DNA from: the human T2T-CHM13v2.0 reference genome, Homo sapiens
DNA length: 64,000 nucleotides
Strand: one strand, 5' to 3'
Assembly: GCF_009914755.1 (NCBI RefSeq)
Contig: NC_060946.1
The translations under genes were made by a program, and so were the position numbers. Numbering within the stretch: the first letter of the stretch is position 1; every line of letters begins with the position of its first letter. Positions 1-22,780 of the stretch are shown here, piece by piece. Below the pieces are notes generated by a model that was not told the origin of the DNA, made no database searches, and saw only the letters and a list, made by a program, of their open reading frames with translations.

Positions 1-75
1 GTCCCCACCAGTGCACAATATTCCCATGTGACAAACATGTACACGTGCCCCTGAATCTAAAATAAAATAAAATAA
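1..75 (+). mobile_element. L1 3' end with A-rich tail (older L1PB/L1MA-like)
   Basis: ...CCCATGTGACAAACATGTACACGTGCCCCTGAATCTAAAATAAAATAAAA resembles the L1 3' terminus. Confidence 0.7.
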
Positions 76-264
76 GGTGCTTGTGTATTGCTATTCAGCC
101 TTTACTTCTCCAAAGTTGTTTCTGAAGAGAGGAAAAACCGTATGCAAAATTCCACTGCATCAATTCCTAACAATTCTTGTACGGAGCAGCCGCATGGCAC
201 AAGACAGCTTACAAACAGGATGTGCTTCATTCCTGCCTCAAGCGACAGTCCTGGTGACACAGTT

Positions 265-650
265 AGTGCTGGGCTAAGCTGTGTCACCCAAAAAGAAAAG
301 CGCAAGTCCTAACCCCAAGTACCTGTCAATGTGACCTTATTTGAAAATAAGGTTTTTACAGATGTAATCAAGTTAAGATGAGGTCATATTGGATTAGGGT
401 GGGCCCTAAATCCAATGACTGGTGTCTTTGTAAGAGAAAGGAGAGGGAGATTTAAGCAGAGACACACAGAGAGGACGCCATGTGAAGACAGAGGCAGCCA
501 CAGGAGCCAGGAGAGCGCCCCAGAAGGAAGCAGCCGGGCAACATGGGATTCCAGCCTTTGGGCCTCTAGAACCGGGAGGGGATCCGCATCTGTTGTTTAA
601 AGCCACTCTCCTGCTTGGAACCGCCTACAGCAGCCCCAAGAAGCTAACGC
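265..650 (+). mobile_element. MaLR LTR (MLT1B/C-like)
   Basis: ATGTGACCTTATTTG...GATGTAATCAAGTTAAGATGAGGTCATATTGGATTAGGGTGGGCCCTAAATCCAATGACTGGTGTC...GCCATGTGAAGACAGAGGCAG is typical MLT1 sequence. Confidence 0.8.
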
Positions 651-835
651 AGGCAGCCGCTGCCCAAGGACTTCTTTTTGACCTGCGCTTGGTAAATTGG
701 CATCCAGAATCTGGACACAGAGCGGCGCTGCCACCACAGCAGGTCAGGTTATCAAACTCAAGATCCCACAGAAAATAAAGACTCGAGGCGGCAGGGAGGG
801 AGAGGAAAGAATGGCACCTGCCAGAGGAGGTCTAG

Positions 836-1459
<624 letters not shown>

Positions 1460-1513
1460 TAATGGAGGCAAAAATAATAAGATCAGTTCCAGTGGAAAGG
1501 AAAAGATGGTGCT

Positions 1514-2297
<784 letters not shown>

Positions 2298-2329
2298 CTA
2301 TAATTGAAAAGAAAGTTTCGGAGTGTTTC

Positions 2330-2720
2330 GCTGTGACCCCAGCTCTGTGGCCCTGGGCGGGCTGCCGTACTGCTGCCTCCGCTTCCTCACTCCGAAGGCA
2401 AGAAAGGGGAGTGGCGACGTCCACCCTCCCTCACTGAGGGGGCCGGGGAGAGGCGGGCGGGAGGGCAGGCGCCTCCTCCGGCGAGTCAGGGCGCTGCGCG
2501 GGTGACGGTGGTGTTCTACCTGCGGAGGCCGCCAGAGCGCGAAGCCGGAACAGCAGCGGCAGGTGGGAAGGGACAGTGGCACCCAGAGTGGTCTTTTGGA
2601 CACTGACAACAAGCCTGGATCAGGGCCGGGGGAGCTCCTGCAATCTCCTCTGTTTATGTAACTAACATCAAACTCGAGCCACTGCCTCAGCCCTCCAGCC
2701 ACCACGCTGAAATCCACACC
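2330..2720. promoter_or_regulatory. CpG-rich element in BID intron 2 (candidate enhancer/internal promoter)
   Basis: High CpG density outside repeats, GC box GGGCGG near 2455, ETS core CCGGAA at 2545-2550. Confidence 0.4.
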
Positions 2721-3822
2721 GTCCCCACCTTTGGAAAGGACCCCCAGTAGGGGCAGCTTGAGAACCTCCTGGGTGCCGGGTGCTCTCCATGCTCAGGAAC
2801 TGCGACACAGTCACTAAGTGCCAAGGCATTAGACTTCGCAGATGCCTTCCCAGAGGCTGCCAGGACAGCGTGAGGCGCCCAGAGGCTGCAGAATTCGGCA
2901 GGAGGGAGGGGAGGAGGATGTGATGCAGCGGGTGGGAGAGAGCACCCGTGTGCTGTGATTTTTCTCTCCCCAGACCATTTAAAGGGAAGGAGAGACAAGG
3001 AAGCATCCAGGGAGCGTCCTGCTGAAGGCGGGGGCTCCGGGCTCCCCTCCCAGAACTCCACCGCTTTTATCTTTATAAAGACGGGGTCTTACTATGTTGC
3101 CCAGGTTTGTCTCAATCAAACTCCTGGCTTCAAGCAATCCTCTCGCTTCTGCCTCCCAAGTCACTGGGATTATGTGCCTAAGCCACCTCGCCCAGCTATG
3201 AAGGGAAATTTAAATCCAGTGGGTTAAAAAATTTTTGAAACACCTTACAGTTTACAGTACTTTTATTTGACCTTTATTGATTTATTTGCTCCTCATAGCA
3301 ATGGCATTGGTTAGACAAGATAAGTATTGTCTTGCTTTTACAGTTGAGAGAATTATATGAAGTGCTTATCTAATGCCCCCTTTCTTCTTCTTAAATCTCT
3401 TTCGTGTTTGTTTGGACAGGGCTGCAGTGCAGTGGCACAATCACAGCTCACTGTAGCCTCGACCTCCTGGCCTCAAGGAATCCTCCTGCCTTGGCCTCCC
3501 AAAGTGCTGGGACCCACAGCCTATGGCTGTTAAATGGTCTTAAACCCAAAGCCCCCTCGCCCTTGCAGTTAGCCCCAGGCGCGGTGTGGAGGGGCTGCAC
3601 CACATGCGGAGTGCGAGGAAGGCGCAGGACAGGGAAAGGTAGGACTTCCCGGCTCCCGCCTGCTTCAGTGAAGGCGCTGGGCGGGGTTCGTCTGTGCCGA
3701 GCTGTGGTAAGGGCCAGGCGGGCTCAGCCTCAGCCCTCAGGGATGCGTGGTGGGGGACACGCAGGCCCTTACCCCTCGACCCCGCCCCCCACAAGGCACC
3801 CGCAGGGGATCTGGCCTCTGAC

Positions 3823-3892
3823 CTCACAGTCCATGGCCTGGGCAGCGCGGCAGCTCCGACTCACTCCTGGTTCACAGTGTCCCAGTGGCGAC
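3823..3892 (-). CDS. BID: BID exon 2 (70 nt). Canonical start ATG GAC TGT GAG (MDCE) at 3834-3823; fully coding (L-SPLGHCEPGVSRSCRAAQAMDCE) in the long isoform
   Basis: Minus strand: ttccag|GTCGCCACTGGG...GCCATGGACTGTGAG|gtcaga; matches the recalled BID N-terminus; in frame with exon 27295-27374. Confidence 0.95.
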
Positions 3893-4262
3893 CTGGAAAG
3901 GGACACACAGAGTGGGCGGCCGCTCCTGGGAAGCCCTGGCCAGGACCCCTCAGGAGGACGACGAAGCTGGCCTGTGCTCCAGAAATGGCGGCTGAGCCGA
4001 GGTCCTGGCCTGAGCCCCGCATCCTGAGTTTCTTTCTCCTTGGCGGGAGCCAAGCTTTGTTTTCCTCATTCCAGATACTCACCCAGGCGCTCAGTGCCCT
4101 GGGGCCGACCCCGCACCTGAATTCAGCCCTCCCATGCCGCCCCAGGAAGACCTCAGGCATCAGGGAAACGGGGCCGTGGGCTCACAAATTATTTTATTAT
4201 CATAAAATGTAAAATGTTTATAGAGAGAGAGAATGGATTTGACAATTAAAAAATTAAATCTT

Positions 4263-5111
<849 letters not shown>

Positions 5112-5175
5112 GACTGAACACAAATTTCTACAGAACACTGTGAATAGAATAATCCTGTTTTAAAAAGTATTTGCC

Positions 5176-5206
5176 TGTGTGTGTGTGTGTGTGCGTGTGT
5201 GTGTGT
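5176..5206. repeat. (TG)n microsatellite
   Basis: TGTGTGTGTGTGTGTGTGCGTGTGTGTGTGT. Confidence 0.9.
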
Positions 5207-5939
5207 AGACACAATATCAGGTTGAACCAAATGAAATGGCCATTTTGTAGGACAAAACCAAGCATTGGCAATTTCACATGGTTCCTGAATACATAGGAAA
5301 TAAAAAGCAAACAGAGGAGAAAGCCTGTGCCCAGGCAGAGAGGAGGTGGCAGGAGGTAGCACTGACATGCGCATCACCCACCTCCCCACCTGGGGGCTCA
5401 CACAGGCCTGGGGACCCTGCACTGTTGCAGGCTGCACCCTACTCTCCCTCTGGGGAGCCCAGGAGAAACCCTGGCTGTGTGTGGCCGTGCATTTCATAGG
5501 AAGGGACCAAGAGCAAATGACTGAGCTGCATGTGGACAGGGAGGCACCAGGATCTGGCTCCGGGGCCATCTGCCGGCTCCACAGCAGAGGAAGGGGAGTC
5601 TGCACCCACAAGAGACAAAGCGCAAGACAGACCCCACCCCAGGAAACAGGCCACAGAGGCCACGGCACCTCCCAGGGCCACTGCCCAGTCCACAGAACAG
5701 TGGACCAGACCCTAGCTTCTGCCTCAAGGTCTGGAATCCCCGCCCCTCACCACTTTGTTCTCCAAGGAACAACTTCAGGGGTCTCTGTGGGGAAAGTGCC
5801 CACTGTCACCTCTGAGCTCGGGAGGCAGCTCACAAAAACCAGCTTCCTTCACACTCAGATACACGCCCATGTCACAAGCAAACTGCAGCCACCTTGGCAC
5901 TGTGGTGAGTCTCCCACCAGACCCTAACGCCGTGTCTCA

Positions 5940-6110
5940 TGCAGTGTTTCTCTGCCAGGGCGACTTGGATACCCAGGAAATATCTGGAGCTGTCTGGAGA
6001 CATTTATGGGGGGTGTGCTCCTGGCACGTAGCGGGTAGCAGTGGGGGCACGGCTCATCAGCTCAAACCCACAACTCATCCAGCTCAAAGTGTCACTAGTG
6101 CTCAGGGCCG
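5940..6110. mobile_element. MER20-like DNA transposon remnant
   Basis: CAGTGTTTCTC...TGTCTGGAGACATTT...CTCCTGGCACGTAGCGGGTAG resembles MER20. Confidence 0.55.
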
Positions 6111-6114
6111 AAGT

Positions 6115-6325
6115 CCCATACCAGTGTGTTCAAATACATAGCAAATACCACTAACCCATACCAGTGTCATATGCATGGCAGAATACCCACTAATCCAAAC
6201 TGGTGTGTCACATACACAGCAGAATACCACTGACCCATAGCGATGTTGTCACATCACGGAGGAATACCACTAACCCATGCTGGTGTGTCACATACACAGT
6301 GAATACCACTAACCCCAGTGTTGGG
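6115..6325. repeat. Degenerate ~40-bp tandem repeat, about 5 copies
   Basis: Recurring GAATACCACTAACCCAT...TGTGTCACATACACAG. Confidence 0.8.
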
Positions 6326-6336
6326 CATGTGAATAG

Positions 6337-6984
<648 letters not shown>

Positions 6985-7607
6985 CCCCGAATGGGACATT
7001 TTCTATCAAATCCATGATCATATGGGATAACAGAGGGGCAAGGTGTTGTGGCAGTCTCGGGAGAGGACAGAGTGAGGGCAGCTCCCCTGAGCTGTGCCTT
7101 GAGGCCACACGGCCCAGACCCTGGGGGCCCCATCCCTTGGGACATGAGGCCGCCTCCCCTAGGCAACGGTCTTGGAGGGCTTTAGGAGCAGGGAGTGGCA
7201 TTCCTAGGCCTGGCTGGTCAACTTTAGGTGGAGCACCAGCCCTGCATCGGGTAACCTCTGGCTTCATTTGTCACTTAAGAAGAAATCCAATGAGTCAACT
7301 GCAGCTGTGAGTGGGCCTAGGAGGGCGTGGATGCAGACGCCCTGGAAACCACAGAGGCTCCCCCGTCAATAGCGGCCCTACGCCCATCCCAACTCCTAAA
7401 CAAAGTTGCTAGTAAGAAGGAAACTCACGCAGCCAGGAGTTCATGCCCTCTCTCTTCCAAGGGCCAGTGGGAAGACGGCCAGGCAGATGGGAAACGGGAA
7501 ATACCCTGCCTCACCTCAGTGAGGCTGCCCTCATGCCAGGACACTCACAGCCAGGTTCCCCAAGGCCCTCGCAGTGAGCAGGGTGAGGTGCCGAGCCCTG
7601 CATGTGC

Positions 7608-7997
7608 CATTCCCCCAGTCTCCAGGACTCTGCCAGATGGGGGTGACATTCCCCTAGTCTCCAGGACTCTGCAGGACTGGGGTGACATTCCCCCAGTCTC
7701 CAGGACTCTGCCGGACAGGGGTGACATTCCCCCAGTCTCCAGGACTCTGCCGGACGGGGGTGACATTCCCCCAGTCTCCAGGACTCTGCAGGACAGGGGT
7801 GACATTCCCCCATTCTCCAGGACTCTGCCAGATGGGGGTGACATTCCCCCAGTCTCCAGGACTCTGCCGGATGGGGGTGACATTCCCCCAGTCTCCAGGA
7901 CTCTGCCGGGCGGGGGTGACATTCCCCCAGTCTCCAGGACTCTGCCGGATGGGGGTGACATTCCCCCAGTCTCCAGGACTTTGCCAGACGGGGGTGA
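7608..7997. repeat. 39-bp VNTR, 10 copies, in BID intron 1
   Basis: Unit CATTCCCCCAGTCTCCAGGACTCTGCCGGATGGGGGTGA; 13-aa periodicity in the ORF track. Confidence 0.95.
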
Positions 7998-8464
7998 CAA
8001 ATACCATCTCTGACAACAAGGACCCCAGCAGGCACCGCCAGGCCCCTCCGCAGGCCTCCCCTCCAATCCTCACCACGGCCTCGCCAGGAAGGCGCTTCTG
8101 CCCTGGTTTCGGAGACACGACTGAGGCTCCAGGGTGCCCAGGGAGGGCAGGGGGCAGCTTCGCTGCTGCTGAGCCAGGGGGCGCCAGGCCCTCACGAGTA
8201 TGCTCAGATGCCAGCTTTGCTTCTGAGGCCTATGTGCCTCCCATGCACTCTGGAAGCCAAATGTCCTGGAACTCATTGAAAACACCATGCAGTTGGTCAG
8301 ATAGAGGCATGGGTCACACGGGGACAAGCACAGCACACAGGTGCTCCCAGAAGAAGATTTTTAAGGGCCAGATATCTGCAGGGCAGTCCACTCCTTGGTC
8401 AACATCATCCCTGTCTTCCTAGTCCCACTCACAGGAAACAGCTGACTCACTGAATTTCTTTTCC

Positions 8465-11514
<3,050 letters not shown>

Positions 11515-12069
11515 TCACTCGCGTTTGCCTGGGAGAGGCTCCAAGGAAAGCTACCCATCGATCCGTTACGTGCACCTATGGGTTCTCTACTTGGTCTCAA
11601 GTTGGATGGAAGCAGAGACAAAACTTCAGGAAGCTGCCAGTCAATCAAGCCCTGGCCATGTGGGGCTGACAGCATAGACTCTAGTTACTGCATGGCTTCC
11701 CGGATGGTTGCTAGTGACAGCACCCGGCTCCACAAGCTGGCCTGTGGCCTCCTGGGGGGTCCTTGAAGGTAACGGGGTCCAGTCATGTCTGTTTGTACAT
11801 TCAGTCTCATATCTCTTTTATTCAGGTCCCTCAAAGAGCTTAAGTTCCCCAGCTGCTGGCAAGTGACCTTCCTGCCACACTGTGAGCTGGGGCCGAGCTA
11901 CTCTTCCCAGGAGGCCGAGACCTCGCAGGCACTGACTCCACGGTCGCCTCAGTTCCTCTAGAAGTGGCTGGTCAGCATCCTTCACAAATACGGCATTCCA
12001 GGGAAGGCCCTGGCCGCACTAGGAACTTATCCAGTTATATTTTAGTTTGAGAAAAGGCACAGACGCCAG

Positions 12070-12610
12070 TCCCTCAAAAAATTAAACCTAGAACTACCAT
12101 TTGACCTAGAATTCAGCTTTTGGGTATTACGCTGAAGAACTGAAAAGTAGAGCCTGGAACACACATTTGCACACCCATGCTAACAGCAAACAAAAGGCCA
12201 AAATAGTCCAGATGTCTAACAGATGAGTGGAAAAATAAAACATGGGGTGACATACAATTGACACACGCTACAACACAGATGAACTTGAAGACACTACGCT
12301 GGGCGAACTAGGCCAGTCATGAAAGGACAAATACATGTGGTTCTATCTCCAAGGGGTGCCCAGAGTAGTCAACTTCACAAGGATCAGAAAGTACAAAGGC
12401 ACCTGCCAAGGGCTGGGGGTGGCAAGTTAGCGTTTAATGGTACCATTTCTGTTTTGAAAGGTGAAAAAGTTCTGGAGATGGTTGGTGGTAATGGTTGCAC
12501 GACAATGAGACTGTACTGAATGCCACTGAACTGTACGCTTAAAAATGCTTAAAATGGGAAATCTTATGCTATATCTATTTTACCACGATAAAAAATATAC
12601 ACTTAAAAAA
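12070..12610 (+). mobile_element. L1M (L1MB/MC-like) 3' fragment
   Basis: AAATTAAACCTAGAACTACCATTTGACC...GAAAAAGTTCTGGAGATGGTTGGTGGTAATGGTTGCAC...TGCCACTGAACTGTAC. Confidence 0.75.
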
Positions 12611-12619
12611 GAGCCAGGT

Positions 12620-14268
<1,649 letters not shown>

Positions 14269-14379
14269 TCAGCTATATTCCAAGCAAACCACCACAATTC
14301 AGTTCCCTCAGCAGCCCGTCGCACTCTGCAGGACTCGGAGCCAGCTTCCAGCCTCACGAAGCCCTGGCCCGGCGCGCTG

Positions 14380-15830
<1,451 letters not shown>

Positions 15831-15893
15831 TGCAGAAACACTGACGCAATGCTGTTCTTCTCAATAGAAATGTTTTGTTTTATAAAATAGTTA

Positions 15894-17239
<1,346 letters not shown>

Positions 17240-17393
17240 TAACAAAGTAACTGACTTCCATTTTACAGAGAACCGCAGGCTGACAGTTGAGAGCTGTCTC
17301 CAGACACATGTTTAGCAGACGCCTGTGGGCACACACACCATAGCCTTCACAGCCACTCGCGCCCTTCTATGCTTCCTCAACATGAAAACATAC

Positions 17394-18694
17394 TTTTTTT
17401 TTTTTTTTTGAAAAGCAACCATTTATTAGAACCAATACAAGAGTATGAAAAGAGGGAAAAGAGGAGGGTAGAAGAGGGGGAGAGAATGAGGTCTGTATCA
17501 GATGTCAGTTATGGAAACACATAAATGCTTACTCTTTTTAAACACTGACATTTACAAGGTGAACATATATATAGACCACTTATAATTTAAAAAAAAAAAA
17601 AATCAAAAGCAGACATGTTTGGCTGAAATAAAACCAGGAAACACAACCAAAACTCCCCCATAAACCTAAAAGTCCATGGAGAATTCAATTTCTCATTTCC
17701 ATTCAGAAATCTGGCTACAGAGTGATTTGTTTGCTACTTGGGACAGTACAGCGTGCTGAAAGAAACCCAGCTACTGAGTCTCTTAGATCCCATCCTGTAG
17801 GAAGTGGTGGGAAAGCCAGCGGACCATGGGCAAGTCAACTCCTGGCTACTTGGCAGGGCGTCAGACTGTGCTCTCTCCATTCCCCAGGACTCCACAGAAC
17901 CGTCTGGTACTGCTAGTGCTGGGTGAACAGTGAGAGCACAGTCCACAAAACACAGAGAACCAGAATGTGACTGCAAGCAGCCAGGACCTTGTGCTTTTTC
18001 ATGGATTACAAATCTAGGGCCAAGGAGAGGGAAAGGAGAAAGAGCCCTATTGGGAAGAGGCGTTGGCTGTGCCCCTACACTGAGATGGAAAGAGTAAGGC
18101 TCTTGAGCCCACACCTGGGCAAGTAGAAATAGTGTCCAAACTTTTCTCAAACCAGAGGGAAAAAAGGTCAAGGTTAGGTTAAGACTGCAGACACTAAGAG
18201 ATCACAGATGCTGAATACAGTGAATCGGATGAAGCTTTAAGGATCAATGCCCAATTCTGAGTGTTACACACATTTCTAGGAAAAATAATTCCAATGTAGC
18301 TTTTTGTTGGGGGGTGGAAATAAGGTGGTCACATTTATTGAATCAGCTGTCCCTATGAGGAAGGAGAGGCCCGGGTACAGATACCACAAAGGGGTACAGT
18401 GACCCAGCTGTCCTGGGATCGGTTGGGGAGTGGTAAGCAATGACATAAATCAAAACCATTGAGGGTTGCTTTGATCCTGAGACAGTCTGAGTCTGCTTCA
18501 AACCCATGGGGAATGGAACTTTCATCCCCAACCTGCAGAGAGAAATAAGCGGTAGCATCTCTGCCTCACGATTCCCTAATCCAATGCTCCTGCATCTGAA
18601 ATGACCTCCCTCTGTGAATGCAAGACACAGAAAATCCCAAGTGCCTTCCCCAACAACATCCTAAGTAAGTCTGGACTAGTAAGATTCCAACATT
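17394..18694 (-). pseudogene. 5'-truncated processed retrocopy of an mRNA 3'UTR, probably CBX5
   Basis: Poly(T) 17394-17409 with TTTATT (AATAAA on minus) at 17422-17427; non-repeat body containing the mir-3198 hairpin, whose paralogue mir-3198-2 lies in the distal CBX5 3'UTR (recalled); candidate TSD CATGAAAACA at 17381-17390 and 18695-18704. Right boundary uncertain. Confidence 0.7.
17864..17943 (-). ncRNA. MIR3198-1: pre-miRNA hsa-mir-3198-1; mature GUGGAGUCCUGGGGAAUGGAGA at 17895-17874
   Basis: 80-nt hairpin with perfect terminal stem GACUGUGCUCUC/GAGAGCACAGUC; matches the recalled miR-3198 sequence. Confidence 0.9.
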
Positions 18695-18822
18695 CATGAA
18701 AACACTGTCAACATCTGAACTAGCAGATCTGATGAGGGGTGGGGGTAGAGAATTTGCCGAGTCAGTAAGTAGTTCCAGTCTTGGAGACAGCTCAGTGAGG
18801 ACCAAAGCCTGTGTGTCCGGCT

Positions 18823-18891
18823 CAAGACATCCTCCACAGAGGACCCAAGACATCCTCCACAGAGGACCCAAGACATCCTCCACAGAGGACC
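18823..18891. repeat. Perfect 23-bp tandem repeat x3
   Basis: CAAGACATCCTCCACAGAGGACC three times. Confidence 0.95.
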
Positions 18892-18919
18892 CTGCGGTAT
18901 TCTATTAACTTTGACTTAC

Positions 18920-19030
18920 AATGCCTCACAACAACGCCCCTGTGAGGTAGGTCAGTATGATCACCCCCATTTGACAGATGGGGAACTGAGGCATTGAAAG
19001 AAGTGACTTGCCAAGGTCATGACTGCAGGC
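18920..19030. mobile_element. MIR fragment
   Basis: CCCCATTTGACAGATGGGGAACTGAGGC...GTGACTTGCCAAGGTCA, the MIR core. Confidence 0.75.
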
Positions 19031-19383
19031 CAAGATACGGCCTCTTTTTAGAGCTGAAAAAAACCCAGGTATACCTAGTAACCAATGTTTTACTATTCTG
19101 TCTTACCGAGTAAGTATGTCGATATCCAAAGAATACCTACTCAACTCCATTTAGTATCAGTCCAAGGTTTTAAGTTACCTAAGCTTTATTTTGGTACAGT
19201 ACACTTTCAGAATAATGAACACATTTATTTGAACACAAACTTATATTTTTCATAATCTTAAACATTATGTAACAGTAATATTAGCTGATTTGATAAGTAA
19301 ACCCGTAGAAGTTTAGGGGAGGAAGCCAAGTAGAACAAAAGGTACACCTGTATTATAGCTAATGCTGATAAACTGAAGAAAAG

Positions 19384-19522
19384 GGGGGAAGGATAGCATT
19401 AGGAGATATACCTAATGACGAGTTAATGGGTGCAGCACACCAACATGGCACATGTATATATATGTAACAAACCTGCACGTTGTGCACATGTACCCTAAAA
19501 CTTAAAGTATAATAATAAAAAG
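19384..19522 (+). mobile_element. Severely 5'-truncated young L1PA insertion
   Basis: GGATAGCATTAGGAGATATACCTAATGACGAGTTAATGGGTGCAGCACACCAACATGGCAC...CCCTAAAACTTAAAGTATAATAATAAA; TSD AAACTGAAGAAAAG at 19370-19383 / 19523-19536. Confidence 0.9.
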
Positions 19523-19605
19523 AAACTGAAGAAAAGACATAGCTTTTTAAAACCCAAATTATTAGTCTCATTTGCCAAAGATTTACATCAATTACGTGAA
19601 CTTAG

Positions 19606-20988
<1,383 letters not shown>

Positions 20989-21639
20989 TTACTTACATAA
21001 GCTAATCACGAACCAATCAGAATAGAGTTCCTCCAATTCAAGACACTTCATGACCTTACCCAATGACTCAAAAAAAGTTTTCCACATTCACTTAGTGAGA
21101 GGCAAAGGCCTTTCTGAATTACAACTTCAGCCCCAGGGCAAGAGTAAACACAGAAACTGGAAAAGTCCCTGGACCAGGTGTCAAAGAGGTATCCTTCCCG
21201 GTGGACACAAAATTCTGAATTGAATTGAGCTCAAAAGAGGCTAAGGACACAGAGAACGAAGTCTGATCATCCAGATTCTCCGTATCTGACCACAGAGAAC
21301 TGATCTCTGTCATCCGCCTACAAAGATGAGCAAAACAATATGACCACAAACCAATGCTCAATCACTGATGCCACCAAGCCATGGGTAAGCCCGAAACCAA
21401 CAGAACACAGAGTCAGGGGCAGGGGAAACAGAGACACGGAGAGAAAACGGAGAAACAGCGTCCGCGAAGTGAAAAGTTCCATTGCTGCTTGAATTTGCCT
21501 CTGGTAGCCAAGAAAAGGCCAGCACTGTGGGAGGCCAAGGCAGGAGGATCACTTGAGCCCAGGAGTTTGAGGCAAACCTGGGCAACACAGTGAGACCCTG
21601 TCTCTACAAAAAATACAAAATAAAAAATGAAGGAAACAT

Positions 21640-21960
21640 TGACACCTACTGTAACATGAGTTACAGCAGTTAACATGAGTTGAAAATATGCTACATGAAA
21701 GAAGTCAGTCACAAAAGACCACGTAGTGTGTGATTCCATTAGTATGAAATGTCCTAAATGTGCAACTCCATAGACAGAAAGATTAGGGCTGCCAGGGCTG
21801 CGGAGCAGCCACCAGTGTGTCTGGAGCTTCTCTTTGGGTTACTGAAATGTTCTGCCTGTAGGCGGTGGTGACGGTCGCACACCGTGTATATACTAAGCCA
21901 CTGAACTGTGCCCTTTGATGGGTGAATTTTATGGCATGTGCAGTATGTCTCAATCAAACG
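21640..21960 (+). mobile_element. L1MB-like 3' fragment
   Basis: GAAAGAAGTCAGTCACAAAAGACCAC...GATTCCATT...CCACTGAACTGTG...GGTGAATTTTATGGCATGTG. Confidence 0.7.
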
Positions 21961-22278
21961 GTTTTTGAAAAGGCAGCCAGCAGGAGGAGACATGAGGAGG
22001 CAAGAGCCTCTTCAGGTGACTGGGGCCCCCTCCCAGAGGTCGGAGGCTCCACCACAGGCCCCAGAAGTCAGTGGACCCCTATGCTCCAGGTCTTTGTGAC
22101 CCGGGAGTCCTGCCTCCCTCCCCTGCCCAGGCCCTGGGCTTCTGGGTGGGGCATGGTGGATGGCAGGGGAAGGCAGGTGTCCCTCAGCTACTCCAGAATC
22201 CCTGGTGAGCCTCTGGTGAGCCTCCTGGTCCGCCCCTCCCTGAACTCTCTGTAGACTCTGTCATAAAGAACAAGGCTG

Positions 22279-22780
<502 letters not shown>

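Noticed and set aside
6115-6325. Repeat-spacer-like array containing ACTAAC
   Set aside because: Degenerate minisatellite whose intervening parts are homologous to each other; ACTAAC is on the strand opposite the BID transcript
7327-8422. Long repetitive ORFs in several frames (e.g. DIPPVSRTLPDGG x10)
   Set aside because: A by-product of a largely stop-free 39-bp VNTR; open on both strands, with no splice or promoter support
18823-18891. CRISPR-like palindromic direct repeats
   Set aside because: No spacers, no cas genes, human intron; a simple tandem triplication
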